From: an uncultured Clostridia bacterium | Lineage (GTDB): Bacteria; Bacillota; Clostridia; Christensenellales; UBA1242 | Assembly: GCA_934747385.1 (NCBI GenBank) | Contig: CAKVGK010000001.1 | Span: forward strand, 340,107 to 404,106 | Length of the DNA: 64,000 nucleotides | Direction of reading: 5' to 3' | Part shown: piece after piece, positions 34,766 to 44,627 of the stretch | Layout: every line of letters begins with the position of its first letter | Numbering within the stretch: the first letter of the stretch is position 1 | Program-made: the position numbers and the translations under genes | Notes under the pieces: generated by a model | Databases searched by the model: none | The model's input: the letters and a program-made list of their open reading frames with translations, nothing else | What the model was told of the DNA's origin: nothing

Positions 34766-35866
34766 ATGAACGAATTGATTTTTTTTGACAACGCCAAGGA
34801 GAGTGTTACAAAATTCTTTGAACAAGAATTTGAAAATTTTCCACCTTTGTTAATGTCACATTTCCTTAACAGGTTTAACGATATGCTAGATTACGCTGAA
34901 GAGGATTTGAAAATCAAACCAAAAATTATTTTTACAGACAACATTGAATCCATTGTTAAATCTGTGCCAAAAACTATGGCTTTAACAATTTTTGAGGACA
35001 ATGAAGCCACCATGTTCAATTCCCGCCTTAAGGCAACTTTGGCATTAGCAAGGCAAGACTGGTGCTTGTTTATTGATTTGAAAGAAGATAAAATTTCTTA
35101 TGGCTTAGTGATGAGTTTTAGAAGCATTAAAGACAAAAACTTTTTGCAGGTGCTGGAAGATGCAACCTTTTCAAAAGAGCGCTTGGCAAAAACACATTGT
35201 ATTATTGCCCGTCCACTGAACTCTTACTCCATGCTTTTACATTCCATCAGTGGCGAAACTTTAACGGTCAACTTTTCTTTGGATAAATCCAAAAACAACA
35301 TTTTTACCAAGGAAATTAAAGAACTTGTTGACGCAACATTCAGCAAACTGCGAACCACTCAACGCAAACTTGAAGACATGAAAAACATGTACCTCAACAT
35401 TTTCACAAGCGTGTTGAACGACGTGCATGGCGCATTGTGCGTTATTGTTGATAAGGATTACGTTGACAACGGACTTTTTGAAGACGGAATTTGGCTTAAA
35501 GAGCCAATCAATTTCAGCAAATTATTTACCCAAAGCAAGAGTTATAGCGAAGAAAAATTGCAAGCGCATGCTGATTTGTTTTTGAAAATGCTTAACTTTG
35601 ACGGCATAACAATTATAGACAATCTTGGCAGGCTGCGCGCTTACAATGTATTTGTTGAACCTAACTCAAAAAAGGTTGGCTACATTGTGGGTGGAGCAAG
35701 AAAACGCGCCGCATTCCACATTTTGTCAACAAAACGCAAAGGCATTGTTGGTGTTTACTTCCAAAGCCACGAAGGTGAAGTTTTCTTCCAAGCATTGAAA
35801 CAGACAAAACCAGCCAAGCCAGAAAAGAAAGAAGAAGTCAAACAAAACACAGAAAAACCCGATTAA
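34766..35866 (+). CDS. protein with C-terminal DAC-like (diadenylate cyclase fold) domain and unassigned N-terminal half
   Basis: 366 aa. HGALCVIVD ... NFDGITIIDNLGRLRAYNVFV ... GGARKRAAFHILS...GIVGVYFQSHEGEVFF parallels CdaA/DisA blocks GALIVI ... DGAVII..G.I.AA ... GTRHRAA ... VVSEE.G.IS. Confidence 0.55.
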   Translation: MNELIFFDNAKESVTKFFEQEFENFPPLLMSHFLNRFNDMLDYAEEDLKIKPKIIFTDNIESIVKSVPKTMALTIFEDNEATMFNSRLKATLALARQDWCLFIDLKEDKISYGLVMSFRSIKDKNFLQVLEDATFSKERLAKTHCIIARPLNSYSMLLHSISGETLTVNFSLDKSKNNIFTKEIKELVDATFSKLRTTQRKLEDMKNMYLNIFTSVLNDVHGALCVIVDKDYVDNGLFEDGIWLKEPINFSKLFTQSKSYSEEKLQAHADLFLKMLNFDGITIIDNLGRLRAYNVFVEPNSKKVGYIVGGARKRAAFHILSTKRKGIVGVYFQSHEGEVFFQALKQTKPAKPEKKEEVKQNTEKPD

Positions 35867-35876
35867 ATAGCACAAT

Positions 35877-35907
35877 AAAAATGTTTAGCAAACCGCTAAA
35901 CATTTTT
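35877..35907. terminator. bidirectional terminator
   Basis: AAAA-ATGTTTAGC-AAACC-GCTAAACAT-TTTT, lying between convergent genes. Confidence 0.6.
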
Positions 35908-35980
35908 ATTGCGAGTGATATTAAAACAAGTTTATTAATGAAATTATTTTTTTAAATTTGCACTAATAAAATGTAAAATT

Positions 35981-38900
35981 TTATCTTATGCGCATTTTGT
36001 TTCGAAGCACTATAATTGTTATTGTCACACCAACAACTATCACTGACACAACCACAATGATAATGATTGCCCAAATATTTAAAGGTTCTTTAACCACAAC
36101 TTTGAAACTTGTGACAACCGAACCAGAACTACCAACCAGTTTTACATAATAATCGCCTGCTCCGTCTGTCTTTTGAGAGATTGAATGTGTCATTTTCTCG
36201 AAACTTGAATTTTCGGTGATTTCACAAATTAATTTGTCATTGATATAAAGAGCTGAATCACCCACTTGTTCGTATATGATGCCAGGGTTGAATGTAATGT
36301 CAAAGCCTTTTGTTGTTTCTTTGCCAAGTTCAACTGAGCATTCAATTGTTGGGATTTCGTCATTCAAAGTGAAGCCAAACACTGCTTGACGTGCTGGGTA
36401 AATTCCGTCATTTACTTGATAAATAACCTCAAACGATTGTTTGCCTGCAGTGATATCTAACGCAGCAGCATTGCTGATAACAGTTTGATAAGTTAACAAC
36501 CTACCATTTTGAGATTGTGGACTTATAAGCTCCAAGAAAGCGTCAGTAATATCTTTTCCGTTTTGATTTTTAACACTCAAAATGTTGTATCTTGAAACAT
36601 TTGTGAGGTCGTAACTTGAACGGGCTTCGTTCTTGTTGATAATGCTGAAACTAACGCTGCTTATCAATTGCTGATTGATGGTTTTGTTGCCATCTTCAAC
36701 AATGTAAGTCGCTTTAAATGTAACTTTATAATTTCCATAATCTTTGAAAATGTAGGTATAACTCTTTTGCTCGTAATCGTATTTTGCGCCGTTGCGAGTA
36801 ACTTCAATTGTGATTGGTTTTTGGTTGTCAATCAAGGCATAATTAAATGGTTCATAAACACTCAATTCAACAGCCTCATTGAATACTGCGTTGTTGATTG
36901 GTGCATTGCCGTTCATTGTGAAATAAACATTTTTCATAACATTGACTGTTATAATTTCGCTTGTGCTCTCACCAAAAGCAAATGTGTGTCTGTTGCCAGA
37001 TAAATCATAAATTTCAAATGAATACTTGCCGCCACCTTTAATTTCGTATTCAACCTGCTTGCCCTGGTTGTTGAGTTGAACAGTTTCAAAATCTTTGCCG
37101 TTGTGATAAACCTTAAGCACAATGGAATTCTTTTTTGTGATATTGTCACTATCGGCATTGGTTTGATTGAATTTTAACTTCAAAGTTTTGTTGTTTGCAA
37201 TGTAAATTGAAGTTACAAATTGGCTTATTGAATCGTTTTTAGTTTCAGTTGTATTGTTGTCTTTCAATTTATCGTAACTAAACTCTGCCGAACTTGCAAG
37301 ATAATCTGTTTCAACAATCTCAAGTGTTGCCAAATATCTGCTGTAAGTGCTTGTGTAAACGCGATAAAGTTTTAACATTGCAAAATCTGCGCCGTTCTTT
37401 CCAAAACGCTGAACAGAGGTCTGTTTATATTTTGCCCCTTGCTCTTCCGCCACAACAACAGTTAATCCTTTGTTGCTTATGAAAAGTGGAATATTTGTGA
37501 TTGGCAAAGTTAAATCTTCGCCTGCTAAACGCAATTGTTCTTCAGCCAAAGTTTTCAAACTTTGATATTCCGTAAACTTGAATGAGGAATTGGCTTTAAT
37601 TGCCACCATATCGTCCGTTTGAACATAGTACAAATCAGTCAAAACAGGCAAAACGCAGAAAGCATAAACCTTGTTACCCAAGAATTTTCCGTCCTTGGTT
37701 GAAATGCGAACTTCAAACCAATAAACACCTTTGCTGGTTTCTTTTGTGTTAATAACCTTGCTATTTAAACCCGCTAAGTCAAAGTCCTCAACATTATCAT
37801 CTGCCAATTTTTCGTGCAGAGTGTAACTATAATTGAAATATTCGTTTTCAACTGGTGTCCACATTAAGTTCATAATGCCCGAACCAACAGAACTGAAACT
37901 TACGTTTTTGTATTCTTCGTTATATTTGAAGTCAAGTTTATGTTGAACATTGTCCGTGTTTTTGAGGGTTACTGAATTGGTTGCTGTGTCCAACTTAATA
38001 TTGTAGGTATATTCCACAATATCGCCGTCCCACAATTCAATTTTGTAATCAACAATTGCACCTGCTTCAGTTGCCTTGAATGGCAAAAGAACAATTTCGC
38101 CATCTCTAATTTCTGCCAACACCACGCTTGCGCCAACAGAAGATGAATATTGATACCTAATTACGCTTTGTACAATGCCATTGACCTTGTTGCCGTCTGT
38201 AATTTCAAAGTCAACCTTTGTTTGTCCGTTAACACGATAACTTAAAATCAACTTTTTGTAAATGGCAGAATTGTATTTCAAAGTTGCCGCTGTGAAAGCA
38301 TAATAACGATTTGCAAGTTCAATGTACTTGTTGTTTTCCTCAGTTGCACCTTCAAATTTAATACTGTGGAAAATGTCACCTTCTGCAGTGTTGAACCTAT
38401 AAATGCTTGAAACACCGAACGCGTCTACCATTGCGATTTGATAGGTCGTTGAAGCGTTACATTGAATAAGATTTTCAACTTTTTTGCCATTGCCATCTTC
38501 GTACCAAACACTGTTTTTATCAAGTTTGCAATTGTAGGTTGTTGTTTTTGTAACTCCTGCTGTTGTTTCTATTATTTTGATTTCTTTTGCATAATACAAA
38601 ATTCCGTCTTGCTCAACATTTGCGCCGTCCAAATAGATTTTAAAGCCAGAAGCAACCGAACCTTGAACCAAATTGCGAACATTGAGTTCCACGCGGTTGT
38701 TTTGGTCGTAATAGTTAATTGTGTAGTTAACAGTGCTGTTTCTTGAAACAACTTTAAGGTTATAATTGCCCTTGCCAGAAAGCCTGATTGATTCCAAAAT
38801 TTGCGCAGTCACACCAGTATTTGTGAAGTTTGTTTCCGCATTGGTGTTAAACACTGCTGGATTTCCGCTAAACGATTTGCTAAGCTCAATATGATAGAAT

Positions 38901-41900
38901 TTGTCAATCAAATTGTCAACACCGCCAGCAACCGCTTGCATTTCAAACAATGTGATATCACTAGTGTTGTTATCTAATTTAACCATTCCAGTTTCAATTT
39001 CACCATTTTCACCCATATATTTTGCACTGAATTCAAAAGTCAAATTCTCAACTTTTGGACTATACAAAATCACATACTGATTTTGGTTGCCGGCAGCATC
39101 AATTTCAATCAGTTCAAAATATTTATTGCTATTTGACTCACCAATAAAGCTATATGTTGTTAATGTCGAAACATTGTTTACTTGAGTGTAGTTTGCAAAA
39201 TTGACAACAGGCAAATTGAGTGATTCATTTGAAATGCTACCCATCTCTCTATAATAAAGTTTTGCAATGTCTGTTTTGTTGAATGCTGTGTTATTATTCA
39301 CAACAAAAGCATACAGATTTGCTGGTTTTTTGTCTTGATAATATTTTGCCAACTGATTTGTGAAATACAAACCGGAACTAGTGTCCAAAACCGCAAGTTC
39401 AAGCATGCTGTTTGAGCCATTTTGTTGGTTGTAATACCCAACAAGATTGTCCGCAGTTTCAAGCGCTTGGGTGTTTGCTGTTGGTGGAATGCGGTCGATT
39501 ATGATTGTGTAACAATTTTGATAATATTGCTGCAATTTTCCGTCCACATAGCATTGATAACAATTAATGTATTTTTCATTTTCGCCAGAACTTGAACTTC
39601 CAACTTTAAACCTTATATACACCTTATATTCAATCTGCTTTGCGCTGTTGTTCAAGTCAATTTTCCCGCCATTTCTAACCAATTCGGTTGGCAAGAAAAT
39701 TGTTCTTACGCCATTTGCATCTTTGTCTGGCAAAGTTACGCCCGCCTTATGAGAATATTCGTATCTCAAATAAGTTTCTGTTCTGCCATTGATTGTGCGT
39801 GTGATAACCAAATAGTCTTGGTCAACTTGCGCTTGAGTGTTTTTATTATCGTATTTTGGCAAAATCAATTTAACAAATTCGTCTTTGGTTGTTAAAGTGT
39901 AAGTATTGTTATTGTCAACAACAGCAGTTGCGTTTTCAATTGTATCTTGCTCTTTCATTGTTGCAAAAACGTCTGTTGTTGGCAATTTTTCTGTTTCGAT
40001 TGTGAATGCAAACGCCTTTTTATGTGCTGCTGTTGATGCCGACATTGATTCAACATTGTCTTCAACCACAATAACATAGTCACCAGGTAGCCACAGCCAA
40101 CTGCTTTCGTTGCCAGAAATAATGTATTTATCTTTCACTTTTTTTGGCAAGTATGAATCAAGGTCAATTTCCAAATAACCTTCATTTTTAGAAATGTCTT
40201 TATAATAATTATCTTTCAAACCACCTAAAGAGTTGGCGTACTCGTTTGAATCGAACAACTTAACAAGGGTTGTTGTTCCGTTGCTTTTGCCAAGTTGCTC
40301 GTTTCTATCGTAAAAGTAAATTTTAACATTCAGTCTGCCTGCATAATAATAACTAGCCTGAGTTCCGTTAAAGTATTTGCCCACTGGCACCTTGATTTGT
40401 GCTGGCACTTTGTTGGTTTTTAAACTGATTTTATACTTAATGCGTTCTATTTCTGTGAAGCCGTCAGTATCAAAATAAATCAACTCTTGTTCTTTTTGAC
40501 CAAAACTTTCGCTAAGTTCGTACTTAGTTTCTTCTTTTAAATAGATATATGTATAATCCTTATTATTATCTGTTATTGCAGACTGCCTGTCCACAATAAA
40601 GTAATAATTCTTTTTCTCGCCTTTTGTGTTTGTGTCTTTATCAACATAAGTTCTTGTCACGACATACAAACCCTCTTCAGTTTGCCCGTCTTTTAAGTTG
40701 ATAAGCGCATAATTTTTTGAGGTTTCAGCAATTGTTTCAGCAGTGCTGCCTTTTTTAAACAATGTTTTACTAGCGCTTGCACCACTATAGAAGAACAAAT
40801 CACTGTTGTTGTAACTTGAAGGTGTTGGGTAGTAAGTATACTCAATTGATTCTATTTCATATTCCCCAATGCCTTGCTCCCAATAGAATGCCAAAACCTT
40901 GCTTGAAGTTGCATGCGCACCAAGTATGTTGTTGCCTGTGTATAGTCTTTTTCCGCGATTTGCAAAATCGGCACCACTGGTTAAAGAGTCTTGATCGTCA
41001 GCAAAATACACCATACCCAAAGAATGGTCGTCATTAATTTCTACAATAACGAAAGAATTTGAATCGTTTTGCGTTTTTTTGTCTTTATAACCGAACTGGT
41101 TTTCACCATACAAGTTAATTCTCAGCACATATGAACTGCTATTTTCATTCTTGTTTGCTTTGTCCATTAAATAATATGGATTATGTGTTGCACTGGATTT
41201 TGAAACTGTCAATGTTGCTTTTCTTGTGCCTTCAGTGTCGTAAGCAGTGAAAATTTCATTCTTAACTGTTAAATAATTGTTTGCACCCGAAATGTTAAAC
41301 AGACTCATCAAAGCAGAAAGGTTGCTGTCTGTGCCTACATAATAGCCCGCATTTTGAATTTCACTGCTGCTTTGTTTGTTTGCAAATCTTTCAATCATCT
41401 GCTCGGTGTTACTAGGGTTTTCTTTGTCTGTTCCAAACAATTCGATTGCTTTATGTGTTGCAAATTCAATGCTAACATTGTTCGCATACACCACACTGTT
41501 TTTAGTTAAATATTTATCATCAATTTTAAAGTACTGTTCAGTTGTGTCGCAAATGTACATAAATTTGCAACTATTGCCCGCTTCATCAATCAGTTCAAAG
41601 AAGTATATTCCGCAATTTTTAAGCACATCCGCAGCGCTAATTGTGTAATCTAACTGCTCTGGCTTATTGATTTTGAATGGACCTGTTTCGCTGCCAAGTT
41701 TATACTTATTTGTAAACCAAACAGTTGAAGCAGACTTAGCCAAATCGCTTACGGTAGCGGTAGAATCTTTCAATATTGGTGTGAAATAATATGTTGCGTT
41801 AACAATTGCCCCACTAACCTTGTTATTCCAATAAATGGACGCATAACCATCGGAGATTGCTGTAATTTTGTTGTAATAGCCATTTTGGTCGGTTGAAACT

Positions 41901-44284
41901 TGATAAAAATTGTTATTTGAGCCAGCGGCACGTGTTTCAACAGCATACATTGAAACGCCTGTAATTTTTGTTCTGTCAATTGTGAATGAACGATAGGCTT
42001 TTGCCTCTCCCTCGTTTGTGGATTCAAGCAAATAACTTGCGCCCTCATTTTCGCCAATATTCGAACCAAAAATGTCACCATTTTTAACCTCAACTGGCAC
42101 AACTTGCTGCCTGAGTTGAGAACTGGTTAACAAACCTGTTCCATTGGCGTCGCTATCGTATCTTGCCAAATAAACATTCTTAATTGAATAATATTTAACA
42201 ACAATTGAACGTTCAAAAACGTCAGGTTCAACCCAACTGATTTTAACATTTTGCCTTGTAAATTTGCCTGAGCCAATTGGAGTTGTGTATTGTGTTTCAC
42301 CGTCAACCAAAATTGGGTCGCCTTTTTTATCAACAGTTAAAGCATTAACTTCGATGTTGGTTGTTTCGTTGGAATATCTAAATGCAAACACCTGATAAAA
42401 TTGGTTGGCTTCGGTTATTTTAACTTTTATAACAACCAAATAGTAACCCACTTTGTTAAATGTGGTTGTGTTTTCTATTTTTGTTTTTTCCAAGTCTGTT
42501 AAAGACGACTCTAAAATTGGTTTTGTATCAAAATAATAGTAACTATTGTCTTCGCCGTTTTCAACATAGTTAACATTTGAACTAAGCCAAATACCGCCTT
42601 GATTTGTTGTTTGATAGGATTCCTTAGTAATTCCTTCTAAAGGGTTATAAGGGTTAGTTGAAGTCGTTGCATAACCAACTTGAGCGTCTTGAGTTTTTGT
42701 CACAATACCTGTTCTTGATTCTATGTTGCCTTTTTCGTTGTTTGTTTCGACAGAATACACCACACCCAAATTTTGTTCGTCTGTTTCTTCACCCTTTTCA
42801 TAACCATTTGGAACAAGCAAAACCACTTTATCGTTGCTATTTTTACTTATGGTTAAATATCTCATTTGTGCTTCGTTAAAGCCGACTTTAGAATACTTCA
42901 ATTCAAAACCATAAATTGTCAATTGGTCACTTTTCAGGCTGAAGCCCATGCTGTTTTGTTCACCATTGTAAATGTAATCATAATCGAATTTGTAACTACC
43001 AATTTCTGTGAACATTAAAACTGCTTTTGTTTCATCTTCAAGCCCGAGGGTTTTTGTTTTTGTACCCGTGGAGTCTGTGATTGTGCACACCAATTTGTAG
43101 TTCACTCTGCCAAGAATGTTCCTTTCTGCAACGCGCCTATATGAATAGGTTGTCACAACTCCATTCAAAGTGTGGGTGTAGTCCAAAGTATATTTAGAAA
43201 AGTCGTATGTCAGGGTTGGGTAATTTTTTGAACTGCCAAGGTTAAATGAAGTTGTGCCACTAACTGGGAGTTCCAGTTTTGGCATAGTAGCGTAAGCATA
43301 ACCTGAGCCAAAAATTTCTGGTTCGGTGTAAGTTGACTTAAACACCAAATCAAATGTAAAGGTTTGGCGTTTAAACTCTTCATTGTGGCGGTATTCCACA
43401 ACAAATTCGTAGTGACCGTCAAAACCTTTTCTTTGCGGAATAATATACGTGAAGTCTTGATAATTGTTGTTACCATATTGTCTAACAACTGGCAAAACAA
43501 TTTGATTGCCATTAAGAGTTGCACTTACATTGATTTGTTGAATGTTTTTTGCATAAGTATAATTTGCTGCTTCTTGTTGAGTGTTTCTAACAAGGTCTGT
43601 TAAAATATTATTGTCTGCATCAGTTTTGCTGCCAAGCATGTAACTGCCAAAACTGAAAAGCACACCTTCAGCCATATCAACTTCGCCATCTGCATCATAT
43701 GCTTTAATGGCTGGATTGTAATAATATGTATGTCCATTTTTTGTTTTCAAACTGTTGTCAAGCATAATGTAATCACCAGAATGATAAACGGTTTTCTTGT
43801 TTGACACGTCCAATTCTATGTCTTTGAAATAATAACTAGGGTATTCGTTGTTTTCAAAATTGATATTGCTTTCGTCATCTTTTTTTGCTCTTATATTGTC
43901 CACATAAAGTTGGTTGATTGTTTCGTTCGTTCCGCCTGCTGCATATTGATTAGTATAAAGAGCCTTTTTAAATGGGTAGGACGCCGAATTGTATTGATTA
44001 AGCAATGTGTTGTAATCGGAAATTTCTGCACCATTATCAGTTAGATAGTCGTCACCAGTGGAAAGAATGCCAACTTTTTCAACTGAAAGTACAATGTTAC
44101 CCTCATCTTTTTGGCTATACTTTTCTCCCGCAGTTACTGCCGCGTTAACATACTTTGTTCTGTTTAAAACCACGCCGGCAAACAAAACACCTGCTGCCAT
44201 AACAAGCGACATAACGTAAATTATAAACCTTTGAACAATTTTAGATTTCCCCTTCAAAATGCTTCCCCTTTTTATCTTTTGCAA
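35981..44284 (-). CDS. giant (~2760 aa) envelope protein with N-terminal and C-terminal membrane anchors; function unknown
   Basis: Uninterrupted 8.3-kb ORF. N-terminal hydrophobic helix VMSLVMAAGVLFAGVVL and C-terminal helix IWAIIIIVVVSVIVVGVTITIIVL followed by RNKMRIR. The body is N/T/Y/G-rich and beta-strand-like. The start is ambiguous: TTG at 44284, TTG at 44257 after AAAGGGG, or the later ATG. Confidence 0.75.
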   Translation of the reverse strand: MQKIKRGSILKGKSKIVQRFIIYVMSLVMAAGVLFAGVVLNRTKYVNAAVTAGEKYSQKDEGNIVLSVEKVGILSTGDDYLTDNGAEISDYNTLLNQYNSASYPFKKALYTNQYAAGGTNETINQLYVDNIRAKKDDESNINFENNEYPSYYFKDIELDVSNKKTVYHSGDYIMLDNSLKTKNGHTYYYNPAIKAYDADGEVDMAEGVLFSFGSYMLGSKTDADNNILTDLVRNTQQEAANYTYAKNIQQINVSATLNGNQIVLPVVRQYGNNNYQDFTYIIPQRKGFDGHYEFVVEYRHNEEFKRQTFTFDLVFKSTYTEPEIFGSGYAYATMPKLELPVSGTTSFNLGSSKNYPTLTYDFSKYTLDYTHTLNGVVTTYSYRRVAERNILGRVNYKLVCTITDSTGTKTKTLGLEDETKAVLMFTEIGSYKFDYDYIYNGEQNSMGFSLKSDQLTIYGFELKYSKVGFNEAQMRYLTISKNSNDKVVLLVPNGYEKGEETDEQNLGVVYSVETNNEKGNIESRTGIVTKTQDAQVGYATTSTNPYNPLEGITKESYQTTNQGGIWLSSNVNYVENGEDNSYYYFDTKPILESSLTDLEKTKIENTTTFNKVGYYLVVIKVKITEANQFYQVFAFRYSNETTNIEVNALTVDKKGDPILVDGETQYTTPIGSGKFTRQNVKISWVEPDVFERSIVVKYYSIKNVYLARYDSDANGTGLLTSSQLRQQVVPVEVKNGDIFGSNIGENEGASYLLESTNEGEAKAYRSFTIDRTKITGVSMYAVETRAAGSNNNFYQVSTDQNGYYNKITAISDGYASIYWNNKVSGAIVNATYYFTPILKDSTATVSDLAKSASTVWFTNKYKLGSETGPFKINKPEQLDYTISAADVLKNCGIYFFELIDEAGNSCKFMYICDTTEQYFKIDDKYLTKNSVVYANNVSIEFATHKAIELFGTDKENPSNTEQMIERFANKQSSSEIQNAGYYVGTDSNLSALMSLFNISGANNYLTVKNEIFTAYDTEGTRKATLTVSKSSATHNPYYLMDKANKNENSSSYVLRINLYGENQFGYKDKKTQNDSNSFVIVEINDDHSLGMVYFADDQDSLTSGADFANRGKRLYTGNNILGAHATSSKVLAFYWEQGIGEYEIESIEYTYYPTPSSYNNSDLFFYSGASASKTLFKKGSTAETIAETSKNYALINLKDGQTEEGLYVVTRTYVDKDTNTKGEKKNYYFIVDRQSAITDNNKDYTYIYLKEETKYELSESFGQKEQELIYFDTDGFTEIERIKYKISLKTNKVPAQIKVPVGKYFNGTQASYYYAGRLNVKIYFYDRNEQLGKSNGTTTLVKLFDSNEYANSLGGLKDNYYKDISKNEGYLEIDLDSYLPKKVKDKYIISGNESSWLWLPGDYVIVVEDNVESMSASTAAHKKAFAFTIETEKLPTTDVFATMKEQDTIENATAVVDNNNTYTLTTKDEFVKLILPKYDNKNTQAQVDQDYLVITRTINGRTETYLRYEYSHKAGVTLPDKDANGVRTIFLPTELVRNGGKIDLNNSAKQIEYKVYIRFKVGSSSSGENEKYINCYQCYVDGKLQQYYQNCYTIIIDRIPPTANTQALETADNLVGYYNQQNGSNSMLELAVLDTSSGLYFTNQLAKYYQDKKPANLYAFVVNNNTAFNKTDIAKLYYREMGSISNESLNLPVVNFANYTQVNNVSTLTTYSFIGESNSNKYFELIEIDAAGNQNQYVILYSPKVENLTFEFSAKYMGENGEIETGMVKLDNNTSDITLFEMQAVAGGVDNLIDKFYHIELSKSFSGNPAVFNTNAETNFTNTGVTAQILESIRLSGKGNYNLKVVSRNSTVNYTINYYDQNNRVELNVRNLVQGSVASGFKIYLDGANVEQDGILYYAKEIKIIETTAGVTKTTTYNCKLDKNSVWYEDGNGKKVENLIQCNASTTYQIAMVDAFGVSSIYRFNTAEGDIFHSIKFEGATEENNKYIELANRYYAFTAATLKYNSAIYKKLILSYRVNGQTKVDFEITDGNKVNGIVQSVIRYQYSSSVGASVVLAEIRDGEIVLLPFKATEAGAIVDYKIELWDGDIVEYTYNIKLDTATNSVTLKNTDNVQHKLDFKYNEEYKNVSFSSVGSGIMNLMWTPVENEYFNYSYTLHEKLADDNVEDFDLAGLNSKVINTKETSKGVYWFEVRISTKDGKFLGNKVYAFCVLPVLTDLYYVQTDDMVAIKANSSFKFTEYQSLKTLAEEQLRLAGEDLTLPITNIPLFISNKGLTVVVAEEQGAKYKQTSVQRFGKNGADFAMLKLYRVYTSTYSRYLATLEIVETDYLASSAEFSYDKLKDNNTTETKNDSISQFVTSIYIANNKTLKLKFNQTNADSDNITKKNSIVLKVYHNGKDFETVQLNNQGKQVEYEIKGGGKYSFEIYDLSGNRHTFAFGESTSEIITVNVMKNVYFTMNGNAPINNAVFNEAVELSVYEPFNYALIDNQKPITIEVTRNGAKYDYEQKSYTYIFKDYGNYKVTFKATYIVEDGNKTINQQLISSVSFSIINKNEARSSYDLTNVSRYNILSVKNQNGKDITDAFLELISPQSQNGRLLTYQTVISNAAALDITAGKQSFEVIYQVNDGIYPARQAVFGFTLNDEIPTIECSVELGKETTKGFDITFNPGIIYEQVGDSALYINDKLICEITENSSFEKMTHSISQKTDGAGDYYVKLVGSSGSVVTSFKVVVKEPLNIWAIIIIVVVSVIVVGVTITIIVLRNKMRIR

Positions 44285-44508
44285 TCAGCATAAAAATATT
44301 TGTAAAATCCAGTTTCAAAGAACATAACCAGATATTTGTTCTATGCTAGCAATCAAAGACCCCTTTATTGTTATACAATAAAATTATAACACAAAAAAAA
44401 TGAAAATACAAATAATTAAATTAACTAAAATTAATTAAATAAAAATTATGAATTATTATTTTAAAAACCTATTTCCTAATGTTTTTCAATATTTATTTCA
44501 TATTTGAG

Positions 44509-44550
44509 AATTTAATTGAAATATTTTTTAAAAAATTTAATTGAAATATT
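44509..44550. repeat. 17-bp direct repeat AATTTAATTGAAATATT x2 (25-bp period)
   Basis: Copies at 44509-44525 and 44534-44550, in the AT-rich region upstream of the giant gene. Confidence 0.7.
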
Positions 44551-44590
44551 AAAAAATGCGTAAAAATTCAATATTTTTCACGCATTTTAA
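44551..44590. terminator. terminator after ypeB
   Basis: AATGCGTAAAAAT...ATTTTTCACGCATT hairpin with one bulge, flanked by an A6 run and a T4 run. Confidence 0.55.
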
Positions 44591-44627
44591 TTTATTTTTT
44601 TATTTTTTTGTTAATTTAATTTATTTT

